Shown piece by piece: positions 39,538 through 51,996 of a stretch of DNA of 64,000 nucleotides (its first letter is position 1; the number at the start of each line of letters is the position of its first letter). The DNA lies in the NCBI RefSeq assembly GCF_016433145.1, contig NC_058132.1, positions 129,541,680 to 129,605,679 of the forward strand, in the 5' to 3' direction. A model generated the notes under the pieces. The model had not been told where the DNA came from. It saw only the letters and a list, made by a program, of their open reading frames with translations, and searched no databases. The stretch comes from Gracilinanus agilis (Eukaryota). Made by a program: the position numbers and the translations under genes.

Positions 39538-41693
39538 AATTTTTAATGGTGCCTTTAAAAATAGGGTAGGATCAGAGTGTGATAGATGGGTGGTCAGTTA
39601 GTAAAAATTTATTAAGCACCCACTATATGCTTGTGACCAGGCAGGTACTGTGATAAGCACCGGGGATACAAGTAGAAAAAAAAAAAAGAAAATAGTTCAT
39701 ACCCTCAAGGAACTCACAATCTAATGGGGAAGACATTTGTTATATTCATAATCTGGGAAGTGATGGATGCCACCTTGAATGACAGGGAAGGCAGTTGAAA
39801 GACACGGAATGTTCCCAGGTACCGTGTTTATAACACAATACACACAAAGACACACTGAAAAGGGAATAGAAGTGGAAAGAAAAAGGTGACTTTTGCAGAG
39901 GCATAGTGGAGAAGTCATAAAAGTTGCAAAAAGTCACACAGATAGTTGTGAAATGACATATCTGGCTCTCTCCTTTAAACGGTACTTTGGAAGTCATGTC
40001 TCAGCCTGCCATTCAGAGCAGCTGAGGGCAGTGATGAGGTGTGAGCACCAAAACAGACTTGATCTTGTGGGATGATGAGGTGTTCCCAATGATGCTCTTC
40101 CAGAACATGGCTGTCAAGTTCCAAAGTAAAGAAACCAGTGGGAAATAAATTGTTTAGTTAGTTTGGGTTATAAAAGACAAATATTAAAGCTTTGGTCTAA
40201 ATAATCACTGAAGTATTATTCAAATGAATATTTTTGTTGGTAAAAACAATTCTTTTTCAATATTCTTCCTGAAATTTTAAAGAAGTCTTAAAATTTCTTT
40301 TTTTTTGGATTGAAGGATTTTATTTTAAAGAAAGGAAATACTTTCCTCTTCTCCCTTCATTGGAATAGAAAAATACTAGCTCTTTTGTAGGACAGTTTTA
40401 GTGCTACTGTATCTCAAATAACTAATAAATAGATAGTATTAATGGTCCCTGATTTGACAAGAGACTTAATAACCTTCTTGTTTTCTCAAGTTAAATTCTC
40501 TATTATATCCATAGAATACCATTCAAAAGTTAAGCTTTTTGGCATCTTCAGAGTTTTTTTAAATTAGCAATCAGAAATAATTACTAAGGGTTGTTTTTTT
40601 TCAAAGTGTTTGTTGAATGTTGATGTATGTTGTCGGGGGTCAGCAATCTGGCTAATTTGGCCTATACGACTGTAGATGGCCAACTGCAGATTCAGATAAT
40701 ACAGATATGCTTTAATTCATTTTGCTTCAGGCCTTTGCTATGTTGTGGCACTCATTTCAAAATCATGGAATTTGGCTTTTTTTAAAAGTTTTTATAAAAT
40801 AATTTTACTTTAGGCAATTAATTGACCTATAGTTAAATCCTTATTTCTGTGAATATAAGAATAAAGTAGCTACAACATATAATTACCTTTATATCTTGGT
40901 GACATTTTTTTCTCTTTCAAATTTGCCTTCTTATCTATAGTTGTTTAATTTTATCATTAGTTTGAGGTTTTCGCACTAGCTGGACTTAAAAATAGTGGCT
41001 TGATGCCTATAAACCTCATTATCCTGCAAAATCACATCAACTCTGAGACTCCCTGTCCTTTGGGCCCTTCCCTACAGAGGGCTGTGCTCCTATGGACTTT
41101 ATCATGCCCCATCCAAGTACTCTCTGCTCTTTTCATCTCCTATCTATGTCTTATCTTCTCCAAGAGATTGTAAGCTTCTTGAAGACTGAGATCTTCTTTG
41201 CCTTCCTACCACTTAGCATAGCCTGTCATATATGTTTAATAACATTTATTGATTATAGCACTGTATGTATTCATGTTTAAGTTTAAATGTGATACCTGTT
41301 CAAATATACTGCATTCATTTGAAGCAGGTAAATAAGGTTTATTGTTATGAATAATGCTGCTATAAATAGGTTTATATATTATAGATGAACCGTTTTTTAA
41401 ATGTGACACTTCAGGATAGAACTCAAGTATTAGAATAATTGAGACATTGATTCTGCAACTTTCACTATATGATAGTATATTCCTTATCAAAAAGATCTCT
41501 GCCCCTAGTATTTCTGTTTCTCCATAGCCTGACAGTATTGAATGTAGTGTTTCTAATTATTGTTGACAGTACCATGTTGGTATAAGGTACATAGGAATTG
41601 CTTTTAATTTTCATTTCTCTGAATATTAGAGAACTTGAACAATTTTTCATATGGTTAATTATTTCCTTTCTTCAAATATGTTCTTATCTTTAG

Positions 41694-41817
41694 GTTTCAG
41701 ATATTTCAAATGAAGAAATTAATCTGAGTCAGGTTGTACCCTTTCAACCAGCTCCTGAAGAAAATGTGAGCGTGTTACCTGAGTGGAGTGAGAAAGTATC
41801 TCAGAATATTTTATCAG
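41694..41817 (+). CDS. SPART: SPART exon 5 (124 nt)
   Basis: ttcttatctttAG|GTT; VSDISNEEINLSQVVPFQPAPEENVSVLPEWSEKVSQNILSG; donor CAG|GTACTA, phase 1. Confidence 0.95.
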
Positions 41818-42251
41818 GTACTAGGATAATGCTATTTAATTACCTTTTCTCAATCATTTGGAAAAATATATGGGGGTGCCAAAGAAGCACTGCTTTTAAA
41901 TGACATTTGTTAGAAACATAAAGCTTTCCTGATGGGATAATAAAGGATCAACATACAAAAACATAACAATAAAAAGTTCTAGCTAAAATTATTTTCTGAT
42001 ATAAAAAATATCTCCAATTTAATGTTCTTCTAAGCCTGTACTATTGGTAGACTCCCTTACTTCCTTTGAATCTCAGCTTAAACACTATTTCCTGCATGAC
42101 ACTAATTTTCCCAATTAGTACCTCCCTCCTCCTTACCCTTTTGTCTCCTCTAAAAAAATTATCTTCCCTCCATACTCCCAAATATCCTGAACCAGATTGC
42201 AATATAATTGGAAAATCTTTAACAAAATCAAATATAATAGAACATAGATAA

Positions 42252-42389
42252 GCAGAGTAAGGACTAGGCAATGAGGGTTAAGTGACTTGCCCAGGGTCAC
42301 ACAGGTAGGAAGTGTCTGAGGCCAGATTTGAAAGTAGGACCTCCTGTCTCTGGGCCTGGCTCTCAATCCACTGAGCCACCCAGCTGCCC
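42252..42389 (-). mobile_element. SINE1/SINE2-type, 3'-truncated
   Basis: ...GTGACTTGCCCAGGGTCACACAG...CTCAATCCACTGAGCCACCCAGCTGCCC; no tail. Confidence 0.85.
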
Positions 42390-43021
42390 ACCTAATTTTT
42401 TTGAATAGCTAGTTTGCTTAAAAACAATGTGAAATTTACAGATTCCTTTTCAGATACTTGGGCAATTTTATCCAATGAACAACTTTAAACTTCCCTCAAA
42501 GGCAAATTATTTCTATAGTTCATGAATAACAAATACAATGCTTAGATAAGGTCCAGCAGATCTCCTACACACATTTTCTCTTCTTAAAAGGAATAGAAAG
42601 CACTTCCATATGAATTTTGGTGGAGACAAATCCATCCAATTCCTGTCACCAAATTAAACTGGTGGAAATACACACTCACCCATATGGGCCTCACTTTCAC
42701 AATCCCTGCACATTGATCACTAGAAATTATAAAGAAAAGGATAATAACAAAAACATACACTGATAAGACTTAGCACAACTTAGCCCATGGAAAAAATCCC
42801 TTAAGAGACTGAACTTACCTCATCTCAGAGTAGCTGGGATCTTTAATGAGGAAGAATCAGAAAACAAAGAGCCCCCTTAAGAGAAAAGCTCCTGAGTGCC
42901 CCCAGAACATTTTTCCCCAAGGGATCTCAGTCTTCTGGATCCTTTCTTCACTCTCATTAGATCACCAAATTGTAAAAAATAAAGAAATTTCTGTGTCCTC
43001 AATTTTATGATTTAATGATCT

Positions 43022-43243
43022 CATTTGTTGCTATTAAGTTCAGTCTGATCCTTCTTGGCCCCATTTGGGGTTTTTTTTTGGCAAAGATACTAGTTCACCA
43101 TTTCCTTCTCTAGCTTATTTTAACAGAAGAGAAACTAACAAGCAAACAGAGTTAAGTGTCTTGCCTAGGGTCATCATTGAATCTGAGGCCAGTCTTCCTA
43201 ATTCCAGGCCTGGTGCTTTAACCACTGCACCACCTTCTTGCCC
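43022..43243 (-). mobile_element. MAR1-type SINE
   Basis: Reverse-strand head/CORE/tail (CCATTTGGGGTTTT..GGCAAAGATACT..). Confidence 0.7.
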
Positions 43244-43859
43244 CAGTGATCTTAAAGAGCTACATAAATATCATTTATTTTTAGAAACTAATGATCAGAA
43301 CCAGAGCAGTAAAAAATTTTAAGGTGTGCTTATCCTGCTTAAGAAAACCAGAAAGATATATTTTAGAAAATACTGCATTTTTTAACTATTAAAATCTTTT
43401 TTGATATTTAAAAGGTTAATATTTTCAGATCTGAAAGCTTTTGCCATTTGTAATGATTCATTGTATAAAAGTTCCAGAGAAGGGAAGTTTTGCTCATATT
43501 TAATAGATTTTTAGACCTGAAAGAGAACCCTAGCTAATTCAACCTACTTATTTTACAAGTCAAAGAAACTGAGATCTAAAATGACCAAAATTATCAATCA
43601 GGAGGACTTAACTTGTTTTTTTCTTTTGCACAAACTGAGAATGAAGCTATTTTCTTCCTTCTGCTCCATTCTGTGACTTTTAAAAATGTTTCATCAAACT
43701 TTTTCTTTCCCTTTTGAAAATCTCTATTGCCATATTCCTTCTCCCCAAGTTATAAAACCGTCTTGTGACAAATAACTAAGCAAAACAAAATCACACATTA
43801 GTCATGTCTGAAAACTTGTGTCTTAACTGTATTCCTATCTGTTCATAACCTCTCTACTA

Positions 43860-44220
43860 AGATGTGTGGAGGCTAGTGCCTGATTCAGAGTCAGGAAAAA
43901 GAGTATAAATCCTGCCTCAAGTGCTTACTAGTTGTGTGACCTTGGGCAGGTTACTTAACTTACCTTCAGTTCTTCATTTTTAATTAGTTATTTATTTTTA
44001 AACCCTTACCTTTCATCTTAGAATCAATACTGTGTATTGGTTCCAAGAAAGAAGAGTGTTTAAAGGCTTAGGCTTTTTGTCTAAAATCCTTTTCTCTTTT
44101 TTAAAATCTCTTTAGGACACAGACCTAATAGTCTCACAGGATTATTTTGAGACAACATATGTCAAATGCTTTGCAAACCTTAAAGCACTATGTATAAATG
44201 TTAGTTAATTGTTATTATGA
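43860..44220 (+). mobile_element. MIR interrupted by an antisense SINE 3' fragment (~43990-44075)
   Basis: GTGTGACCTTGGGCAGGTTACTTAAC resumes at CTCACAGGATTATTTTGAGA..GCTTTGCAAACCTTAAAGCACTAT; insert AAACCCTTACCTTTCATCTTAGAATCAATACTGTGTATTGGTTCC. Confidence 0.65.
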
Positions 44221-44777
44221 ATCATACTTTTTAACAAAGAATAAAATGAGAGGATAAAGCAGTACATCAAAACTTACAAAAACATCTGCCATGTCCAATG
44301 GTAAATGCATCATCCTACACCTATAGCCTCCAAACTGCCAAAAAAGGAAGGAAGTATATTTTTTTGATTCTGGCTTGGAAACAAGTTGGGCCCCAAAACA
44401 ATATTTGGTTTTCATTTTGGTTTTTATCATTTCATTTATTTAAAATTTTTCAAAATTATTTCTCCTTAATCATTAGTTTTACTGCCAACTAAATCTCTAT
44501 CCATCTTTGTTTTCTCTTTGTGTAGAAGAACCTGGCCCTAACCTTTTCCTGATCAGTAGCTTAGCTGAGTATTGTAAAAAATAAAATAGATATTAACTTA
44601 TTTCCATAACCTTTGCAGATCTGACTCTTTTCTGTTATAGTCTGATCTGTTACAAATAATAATAACCCTATCCCTTTTCCAGCTTTTTAGTAGATACTAA
44701 ACAATATGGGCTATTTTCCACATTTTTAAGAATAGTTTTAACATACATACAATGTATTCTTTTTTCCTTTTTATAAG

Positions 44778-44972
44778 GTGCATCTTGGCTGAGTTGGGGT
44801 TTAGTTAAAGGAGCTGAATATACTGGAAAGGCAATCCATAAAGGAGCTTCTAAACTTCGAGAGCATATTGAACCTGAGGAAAAGCCACTTCAAGTTAGTC
44901 CAGCAGTGTCCAAGGGACTTCATATAGCAAAGCAGGCCACAGGAGGAGCAGTGAAAGTCAGTCAGTTCCTGG
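44778..44972 (+). CDS. SPART: SPART exon 6 (195 nt), start of senescence domain
   Basis: ttttataAG|GT; ASWLSWGLVKGAEYTGKAIHKGASKLREHIEPEEKPLQVSPAVSKGLHIAKQATGGAVKVSQFL; donor TGG|GTAATT. Confidence 0.97.
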
Positions 44973-45709
44973 GTAATTATTATTCTCTTATCTCCCTTTT
45001 TTCAATTTTAGAAATCTTCATCATTCAAAAGCATTTCTACAGTGGTTGATTTCATTGATGAACATTTGGGATGAAGCAACTTAAATAGTGGTATTGAGGA
45101 AATAGGAAGTATATCTATCTCTTGAAAATATTTTCTTATGTTTGCTGTTTTAAATGTGTATGGCTTCTGATAGCTATATAGTTAAAATCCTCCAACCTAA
45201 ATTTTTTTTAGTACAATAAGTACTTACTTGCAATAACCCAGTGCCAGATCCCAGGGACACAGAGACAAAATGAAAAATAGTCCCTGCTCTCAAGGAGCTT
45301 ATATTTTATTGGACTTTTATTTTAATGGAATCCTAGTAAAATCATTTTGGGGCATTCATTATGGCATTTTTCTGATATTTTTCATATTTTATTTTTAAAT
45401 TATTAAGCACAAAGAAATGTTACTTCATAGTATGCTTAAGTTAATGTTTTGGAAACACTTAAACTCCTGCTGGTGCTCTATAGCAATGAAAAATAAGAAT
45501 GATTGTTTTTTAAACAAAGCTATAAAAGTATACTAAAGAAGCAATATTATAAATATTAATAGACACTTCAAAAGTTTCAAACTATATAAGTCATTTTAAC
45601 CAGTATTCGTCTACCATTTGTTTTTCAAGTAAGAAGTACAGCCATGCATAATTGTTTAGTTTTCAAATCCTTAATGTGGCCTTCTAAATATTTATTTTGT
45701 ACACATTAG

Positions 45710-45868
45710 TGGAAGGAGTATGTTCCATAGCAAACTGTGTTGGAAAAGGATTAGCCCCACATGTCAAGAAACATGGTAGCAGATTCGTTCCAGAGTCTCT
45801 TAAAAAAGACAAAGATGGGAAATCCACTTTGGATGGTGCCATGGTTGTAGCAGCAAGTGGTGTTCAAG
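45710..45868 (+). CDS. SPART: SPART exon 7 (159 nt)
   Basis: acattAG|TG; VEGVCSIANCVGKGLAPHVKKHGSRFVPESLKKDKDGKSTLDGAMVVAASGVQG; donor AAG|GTAACT. Confidence 0.97.
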
Positions 45869-45977
45869 GTAACTAAGAGATGCATTTATATTTAAGCTAG
45901 GAAATTTATATATTAAGCTAGAAGAGCAGTCTGTTTAATTGCGACTAATCATATTTATTTAAAAATAATTCTTTTAG

Positions 45978-46068
45978 GTTTTTCTACTGTATGGCAAGGA
46001 TTAGAATGTGCAGCTAAATGCATAGCTACAAAAGTTACTTCAGAAACGGTACATACAGTTAAACACAA
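45978..46068 (+). CDS. SPART: SPART exon 8 (91 nt)
   Basis: cttttAG|GT; FSTVWQGLECAAKCIATKVTSETVHTVKHK; donor CAA|GTAAGT, phase 2; 109-nt upstream intron. Confidence 0.97.
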
Positions 46069-47819
46069 GTAAGTTTAATTTTTATTTTATCAATAACAGA
46101 AATATTCAGTTAACTTTATATCATTCATAAAAATTTTGAATTAAAGTAACTTTCTAGCTATTTTTCTTAAGTATTGGACCATATGCAGTCTTATTTTCTA
46201 CTAATATAAATTACTTTCTCAAACAGCAGGGGGAGGTAATACCTTATTCTGATGAGAAAAAACTGTATAAACTAATTTTTCTGAGCCTTAGTTTGTTCAT
46301 CTGTAAAATATGAAGGTTGGCCTAGATGATTTCTAGGTCTTTCCAAAACTGTCATTCGGTAATTTGAATATCTTTAACTTTACCTGCGTGAATTGTAAAA
46401 CCAGCCTCACAAAATGTTGCCCCGTAATTGTCATTTCAAATAGCTACCATTATTATAACTAAATCCCATCCTTGTTACAAATTCAACTGTCCTAATTAGT
46501 ATTACATGTATTTAGTACCCCATATCTCACTTTCATCTCTTTTGCATAGACTTATTCCTCCTCTACCTGGAATGCACTCCTTCTTCATTCTCTGCCTCTT
46601 AGAATTTGTAGCTTTCTTCTGGGTTCAGTTTATGATCCCCTTTTATAGGTAGCCTTTCCTGATCTTATTTTCTCTTTTTTTTAATTTTTGACAGCACTAT
46701 TGCTAGCTCTCTTCTCTCCCCCAAACCCTGTACCATCACCACCTCATGAAAAAATAAAAACATATTCAGTAGTGACTGTAAAACCATATTTGCATGGCTA
46801 ATAAGAAAATATGTTTTGCATATACTTCACATATATAATGGGTATCATACTACTTGCCTTTTCAATGGGTAGGGGAAGATCTAGAGGGAGGGAAATAATT
46901 TGAAACTCAAAACAAAAAAATGAGCATTAAAACAATTGCATAAAGAGAAAATAAAGTATAGGCTTTTTTATGTGACTTACAGTTTTCTAGTCAGCCAACA
47001 ATCAAGATTACCTTTTACTTTTGACATAAATGTGACTAAAAAAGTCACCTACATTAAAGGAACCTTTCAGCACTTTTATAGTTTTGATTATAGTATAGGA
47101 CTGTGTTTGATAGTTATGCAGGTTTATGATGTTATTGTGATTATGATGTTAATCATTTGTTTGCTTTGATGATTTTTACTTGTCTAGTACTCAGCTCTAT
47201 TAATTCATTAATTGTAACAATGACTATAGCAATTTTTCAGAGAATGATATGAATGACTAGTTTACTCTCTCAGTTACAGTAATATTTTTGTCTTATTTTA
47301 GATATAGGAACTTGAAGATCTACAGCAACTATGAAAAGCAATAAGTAACTTAAACCTGGCACTGTTAATTGCAATACAATATCTGTAAAATAATTAACCT
47401 CAGTCTTCTTTATAACTTCTAAATTTCTCTGTCAGGCTTCTTTTATTCCACTTAAATCCTTTAAAGAATGGAGCCAGCCAATTTTTTCCACTCAGTAAGA
47501 TTTCATGCTAGCAAAAAAAATTTCATGAAGTATAAATTTAGTGAAAAATACCTTTCTGTAAGAAGTGTAGTACTATTTGATTGATTAATAAATTTAGTTA
47601 AGATTCTCTTAAAGTTGTGATTGAATATTATCTGAGCTACTATAGTATGACCGTGATGGAAAATGTGCTAGAATCCATGCTATATGAAAATCAGATAAAG
47701 GAACTAATAAAGACTTAGGAAACAGATGTGATAGCTGCCTTGTTTCAAGTATTTGAAGGGCTGACTTGTGAAATTTGTTCTGTTTAGTACCAGAAGCCAG
47801 AATTAGGAGCAATAGGTAG

Positions 47820-48510
47820 TTTCAGAGAAACAGATTTTGGCTCAATTGAAAAAAAAAATCCTAACAAAAAGCTATATCACAGTGATAGTGAACCTATGGC
47901 ACAGGTGCCAAAAATGGCATGCTCTCTGTGGGCATGTAGCCACCCTCCCAGAGTTGGTTACTAGAAAGGCAGAGGAACTCCGGAGGAGCTGCTCTCCTCC
48001 CCCTTTCCATGTGCCTGATGATATTTTTATCACATCCCCACCTCTCTGCCCAGCAGTCCAATGGGAACGCACATGGGATAAGGTGGGCAGCTCATAGGCA
48101 GCAGAGCTGGAAGGGAGCAGCGTTCTTGGGCCACTTCCCTCTTTTACAGTCACTGAGGACATTCCTTACTTCCCCCACCCCTCCACCCAGCAGCCCAATG
48201 GGAGCGCTTCCTCCCTCCCCTGTGTGGGGCAAGGAATTTGGGGGTGGGCAGGGCAAGCCTGGCACTTGGGGGAGGGGCATAGCACATAGTCTCTTGGTTG
48301 GGGTGGAGAAGTGGGTGTGGCACTTTGTCTGGGGGGGTAAAATGGGGGTGGGACCTAGCACTCCATCTCTAAAAGTTTTGCCATCACTGTTATACCACAA
48401 TAGATTGCCTTGAGTGGTGATGAGTCCTCTATCACTAAAAATATTTAAGCAGTGATATTTTCAAATGGATACTTGAATAAGATAAGGGACCAAACTAAAC
48501 GACCTCTGAG
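47820..48510 (+). mobile_element. L3/CR1 3' fragment split by the hAT element
   Basis: CAGATTTTGGCTCAATT..AATCCTAACAAAAAGCT | AATAGATTGCCTTGAGTGGTGATGAGTCCTCTATCACT is a continuous L3 tail across the insertion. Confidence 0.55.
47880..48389. mobile_element. Non-autonomous hAT DNA transposon (hAT1-like TIR), 510 bp
   Basis: TIRs CAGTGATAGTGAACCT ... AAGTTTTGCCATCACTG; 8-bp flanks CTATATCA / TTATACCA (6/8 identical). Confidence 0.85.
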
Positions 48511-51454
48511 ATTATGTAATATTTTTCTAGTGCAGTCTTTATTATGAAACATATGGTAATAAGATCAATACCATATAGATTGAGAAAGATATAGTCAAAT
48601 TATAGAACACATTTAATTAAGTGTTCAGATACATCTTTGCCATTGAAGGATTCTTTCAAATATTCTTTACCTATTATACAGTGATATCACACAATAAATG
48701 ATCACCACTTTGTCAGATAAGTAAACTGAATTGCCTTTGCTAAATTGGGAAGTTGTAGTGGGGTAAACAAGAGTCTACCCCTATTATCATTATATTATAA
48801 ATTAGAGATTCTTTATATACTTCCTATTTTCCACCTGTACTTATTCTAAATTGCTCAAGAAATTTCTTTCTGAGGTTGAAGACTCACTGTCAGTATTTGC
48901 AAGGGATAGAGAAATTATGTGCGGGGGAAAGAAGGTCTCTACCAATCTAGACTCAGATAATATCATACTTAGAAGTGGCTTTGTCAAAAGGAAGAAGAAA
49001 GAAAACTGTAGAGTCATAAAATCTTTGAGGTATTCTAGTGCAACTCCTATTAATGCAGAAAGCCTAGTTGATCATGTAATCTCTGGTTGAACATTTATAG
49101 TGACAAAGAATTCCAAATTTGAGGCAGCATGCTTCATTGTTAGAAAGTTCTTCCTTTATATAGTCCCATATTCTGCCTCCCAGTGTCTTCTGTCTTCTGG
49201 ATCCAGTTAGACTATTTACTTCTTCTTCCACTTGACAATCCTTTAGATGTTTGAAGGCATCTGCCTTGTTCTCCCTATTGCTTTTTCTTCTCTTGGCTAA
49301 CTATCCTTAACCACTACAACAGATCAGTTTTTGATTTAATTAAACTGGACAAACATTAAATGCCATTCATGGATAGGGTACTATATTGGATGTAGGGAAA
49401 TATAAAGATCACTAGACAGTCTTGAAACTTGCAATATAGTGGAATAAGGTGTGAACATGGTACTATAAAATAGAACATCATTGTAGGGGAAGAACAGTGT
49501 GGGTAAAGAATGACTAGAGATTTATTATTTGTGTGATATGAATTCTGACCCTTTAGTCAGTCTGTTCTGGAAATGTTCTTGGATAATTAGCTTCTGAATT
49601 ACCTTCTCTTCTACCAATGACATGGGTAAAGGTAATGTTGAACAGGACAGGTCCAAGAACAGTGCTTAGAGACCTCCTTCTAGGTTAACAACACTGTATC
49701 TATTGTCACACTTTTGGTGGCAGCTATTCCATTTGCATATTTTTCTACACATTTTTGACTGCAAGGATAAATTTAATTAAACCAACATTTATTGCATCTT
49801 CTTTGTGTGAAGTATTATGTACAATATAAAAAGATGAAAAAGTAAAAAATCATGACTTCTCAAACAGCATAAAATGTAAATAGGAGATAAGACATGTAGA
49901 CAAACTATTATAAATTAGAGCTTGGTGTAGTGTATAAGAACAGTTTTAACAGAGGATGCTAGATTCATTTAGCAAGGTAAAGGGCCCAGAAAAGAAGGCT
50001 TAACTAAACTTAAAAGGAAAAGAAGAATTTCAGTAGGCAGATATGAGTGTCTATCCAGGCATTGTGCCTGTGCCAGTGCAGTTATGAGTAGATACTAGGA
50101 AAAGGCAAATAGTCCAGGGTGGTTACATGACATAGTATAGCATGAAATGGGGTTGGAGTAGAAAAGTCAAGAATAGCAGATTTAGAGCTTTATATTTTAT
50201 CCTGTAAGCAGTGGGGAGCCAAGATATCATGACAACCTGGATAATTGTGTCAGCGTGAATGGGGAAGAGAAGGTAGATATCATATAGGTAGGACTATTAG
50301 GATTTGAAAACTAAGTAGACAAATGGAAAGGAAGTATCAAAATTTACTTAAGGATAGCTGGTGCTATCAAAAGTACTGAGAAAGTTAGAAGAGGTGGATT
50401 ATGAGATCAGTTTTAGGCAAGTTAAGCTTACAATGCCAGTGGGAATTGACCATAATAACTTAAAGCTTTTAAAAGAGTTAAATGCAGCATAATGGACAAA
50501 GAGCTGGTCTTAAAGTCAGGAAGATGTGGGTTCAAAACCTCTCTCTGAAAAAAACTGACTTAAACTCAATGTGCTCAGGCCAGTCTCTAAGACTTTAAGG
50601 TAGAGTATAAGTGGTGATTTGCATTGGGAGACAGACTTCCTCACTGAGAACTCCCTATGCTGATGAATTCATGGGTTTAGCTAAAAGAAAAGTCTGCAAA
50701 ATGTTTTCTACCTATTATCTCATTTACCTCTCACAACAACCTTATGAGGAAGCTGCCATTTGTAATTAGTATCATGCCCACTTTGGAGATGAAGAAATCA
50801 AGTCAGAGAAGTCTAGTGCTCAATTATCCTTTGTCACATAGCTGGCAATTTTCAGAAGCAGGATGTGAAGCCAGATTTTCTTGAGTTTTTCCTAGTGCTG
50901 CCTCTGGAGCAGGCCAGTAGCCAGCTATGGGATATGGAATTCCATCTTGGTAAGTAGTCAGCCTGAGATAAAGAAATGAAATTTGTTTTGAAAAATGAAG
51001 TTTGGAGGGAAATAGATGAGATCACAGAGAGACACAATATAGAAGTAAAGGGAGAAAGGGTTTAGAAGAGTAACTTAGGGAACACTCATGCTTGGATGGC
51101 AGGAAGAAGAGAAACCAATGCAGAACAAGACTTAACCATTGAAAAGTGGAATAACTGAAAAATCAACACTACAAAAGCCATTTGAGGAAAGAATATCCAG
51201 AAAACAGTCAGCAATGTCAAATTCTGCATGAAATTTGAAGAACTACTCATTGCCTTGCCTAAATAAATTTGTAAACATGCCTACAGTCTCTTCATTTGCC
51301 AGTCTAAAAATCCTATGCAAAAAAAGCAGTATCTTTAATTTGCTATGCATGATCTTATCTTCATGGATTCATGCTTACTCTTAATTATCACATTGTTTTT
51401 AAGCACTTTAAAACCATCTACTTAATTTATTCCAGAATTCTGTCAGGGATGTAT

Positions 51455-51735
51455 AGTTAGAATTTGCTTCCCAGGACTCTTTCCCAGCATCCCATTTACT
51501 TCTTTAGTTACATGCTAACATAGGGAGGATATATTTTGAGGTTACCCCACCCCCTTTCATGCTCTCTTTTCCCCGGAACACAGTTTGTAGAGTTGGGTGA
51601 AAGCCAGGCAGGCGATTTTACCCGTGTTTTCACTCGGGTTTTGTTTTGTTTTTTTACTTTTGTTCTGTTATTTCTTCTACTTAAAGTGTTTACTAATAAA
51701 TCTTATAAAATACTTGGAGTTTAGCAATCATTATA
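51455..51735 (+). mobile_element. Short solo-LTR-like element
   Basis: TATA-like GGATATATTTT, pyrimidine-rich R-like region, CTAATAAATCTTATAAAATAC end resembling opossum LTRs as recalled. Confidence 0.4.
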
Positions 51736-51996
51736 AAAGGCTTCTCTTCCCTTTTTTCCTTTACTTCTTCCTCCCCTCCCCGCCCAATCTCTGATAAGCA
51801 GGTTAAATGGAGAGATGATTTACCTTTCATAGCAAGATCCTAAGACTCATTCACTGAGATCTCACTAGTAGGCCACTTGTGAGTCAAATCAATAAGCATT
51901 TATTATTATGAATAAGCCTCCTGTGGCCAGGAACTGTGGTAAGTACTAAAGGTACAATTACAAAGAAAGGCAAAAAACAGTTCATACCCTCTAGGA

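Noticed and set aside
48009-48413. 134-aa and 102-aa ORFs on opposite strands
   Set aside because: They lie inside the GC-rich non-autonomous hAT element and show no transposase motifs.
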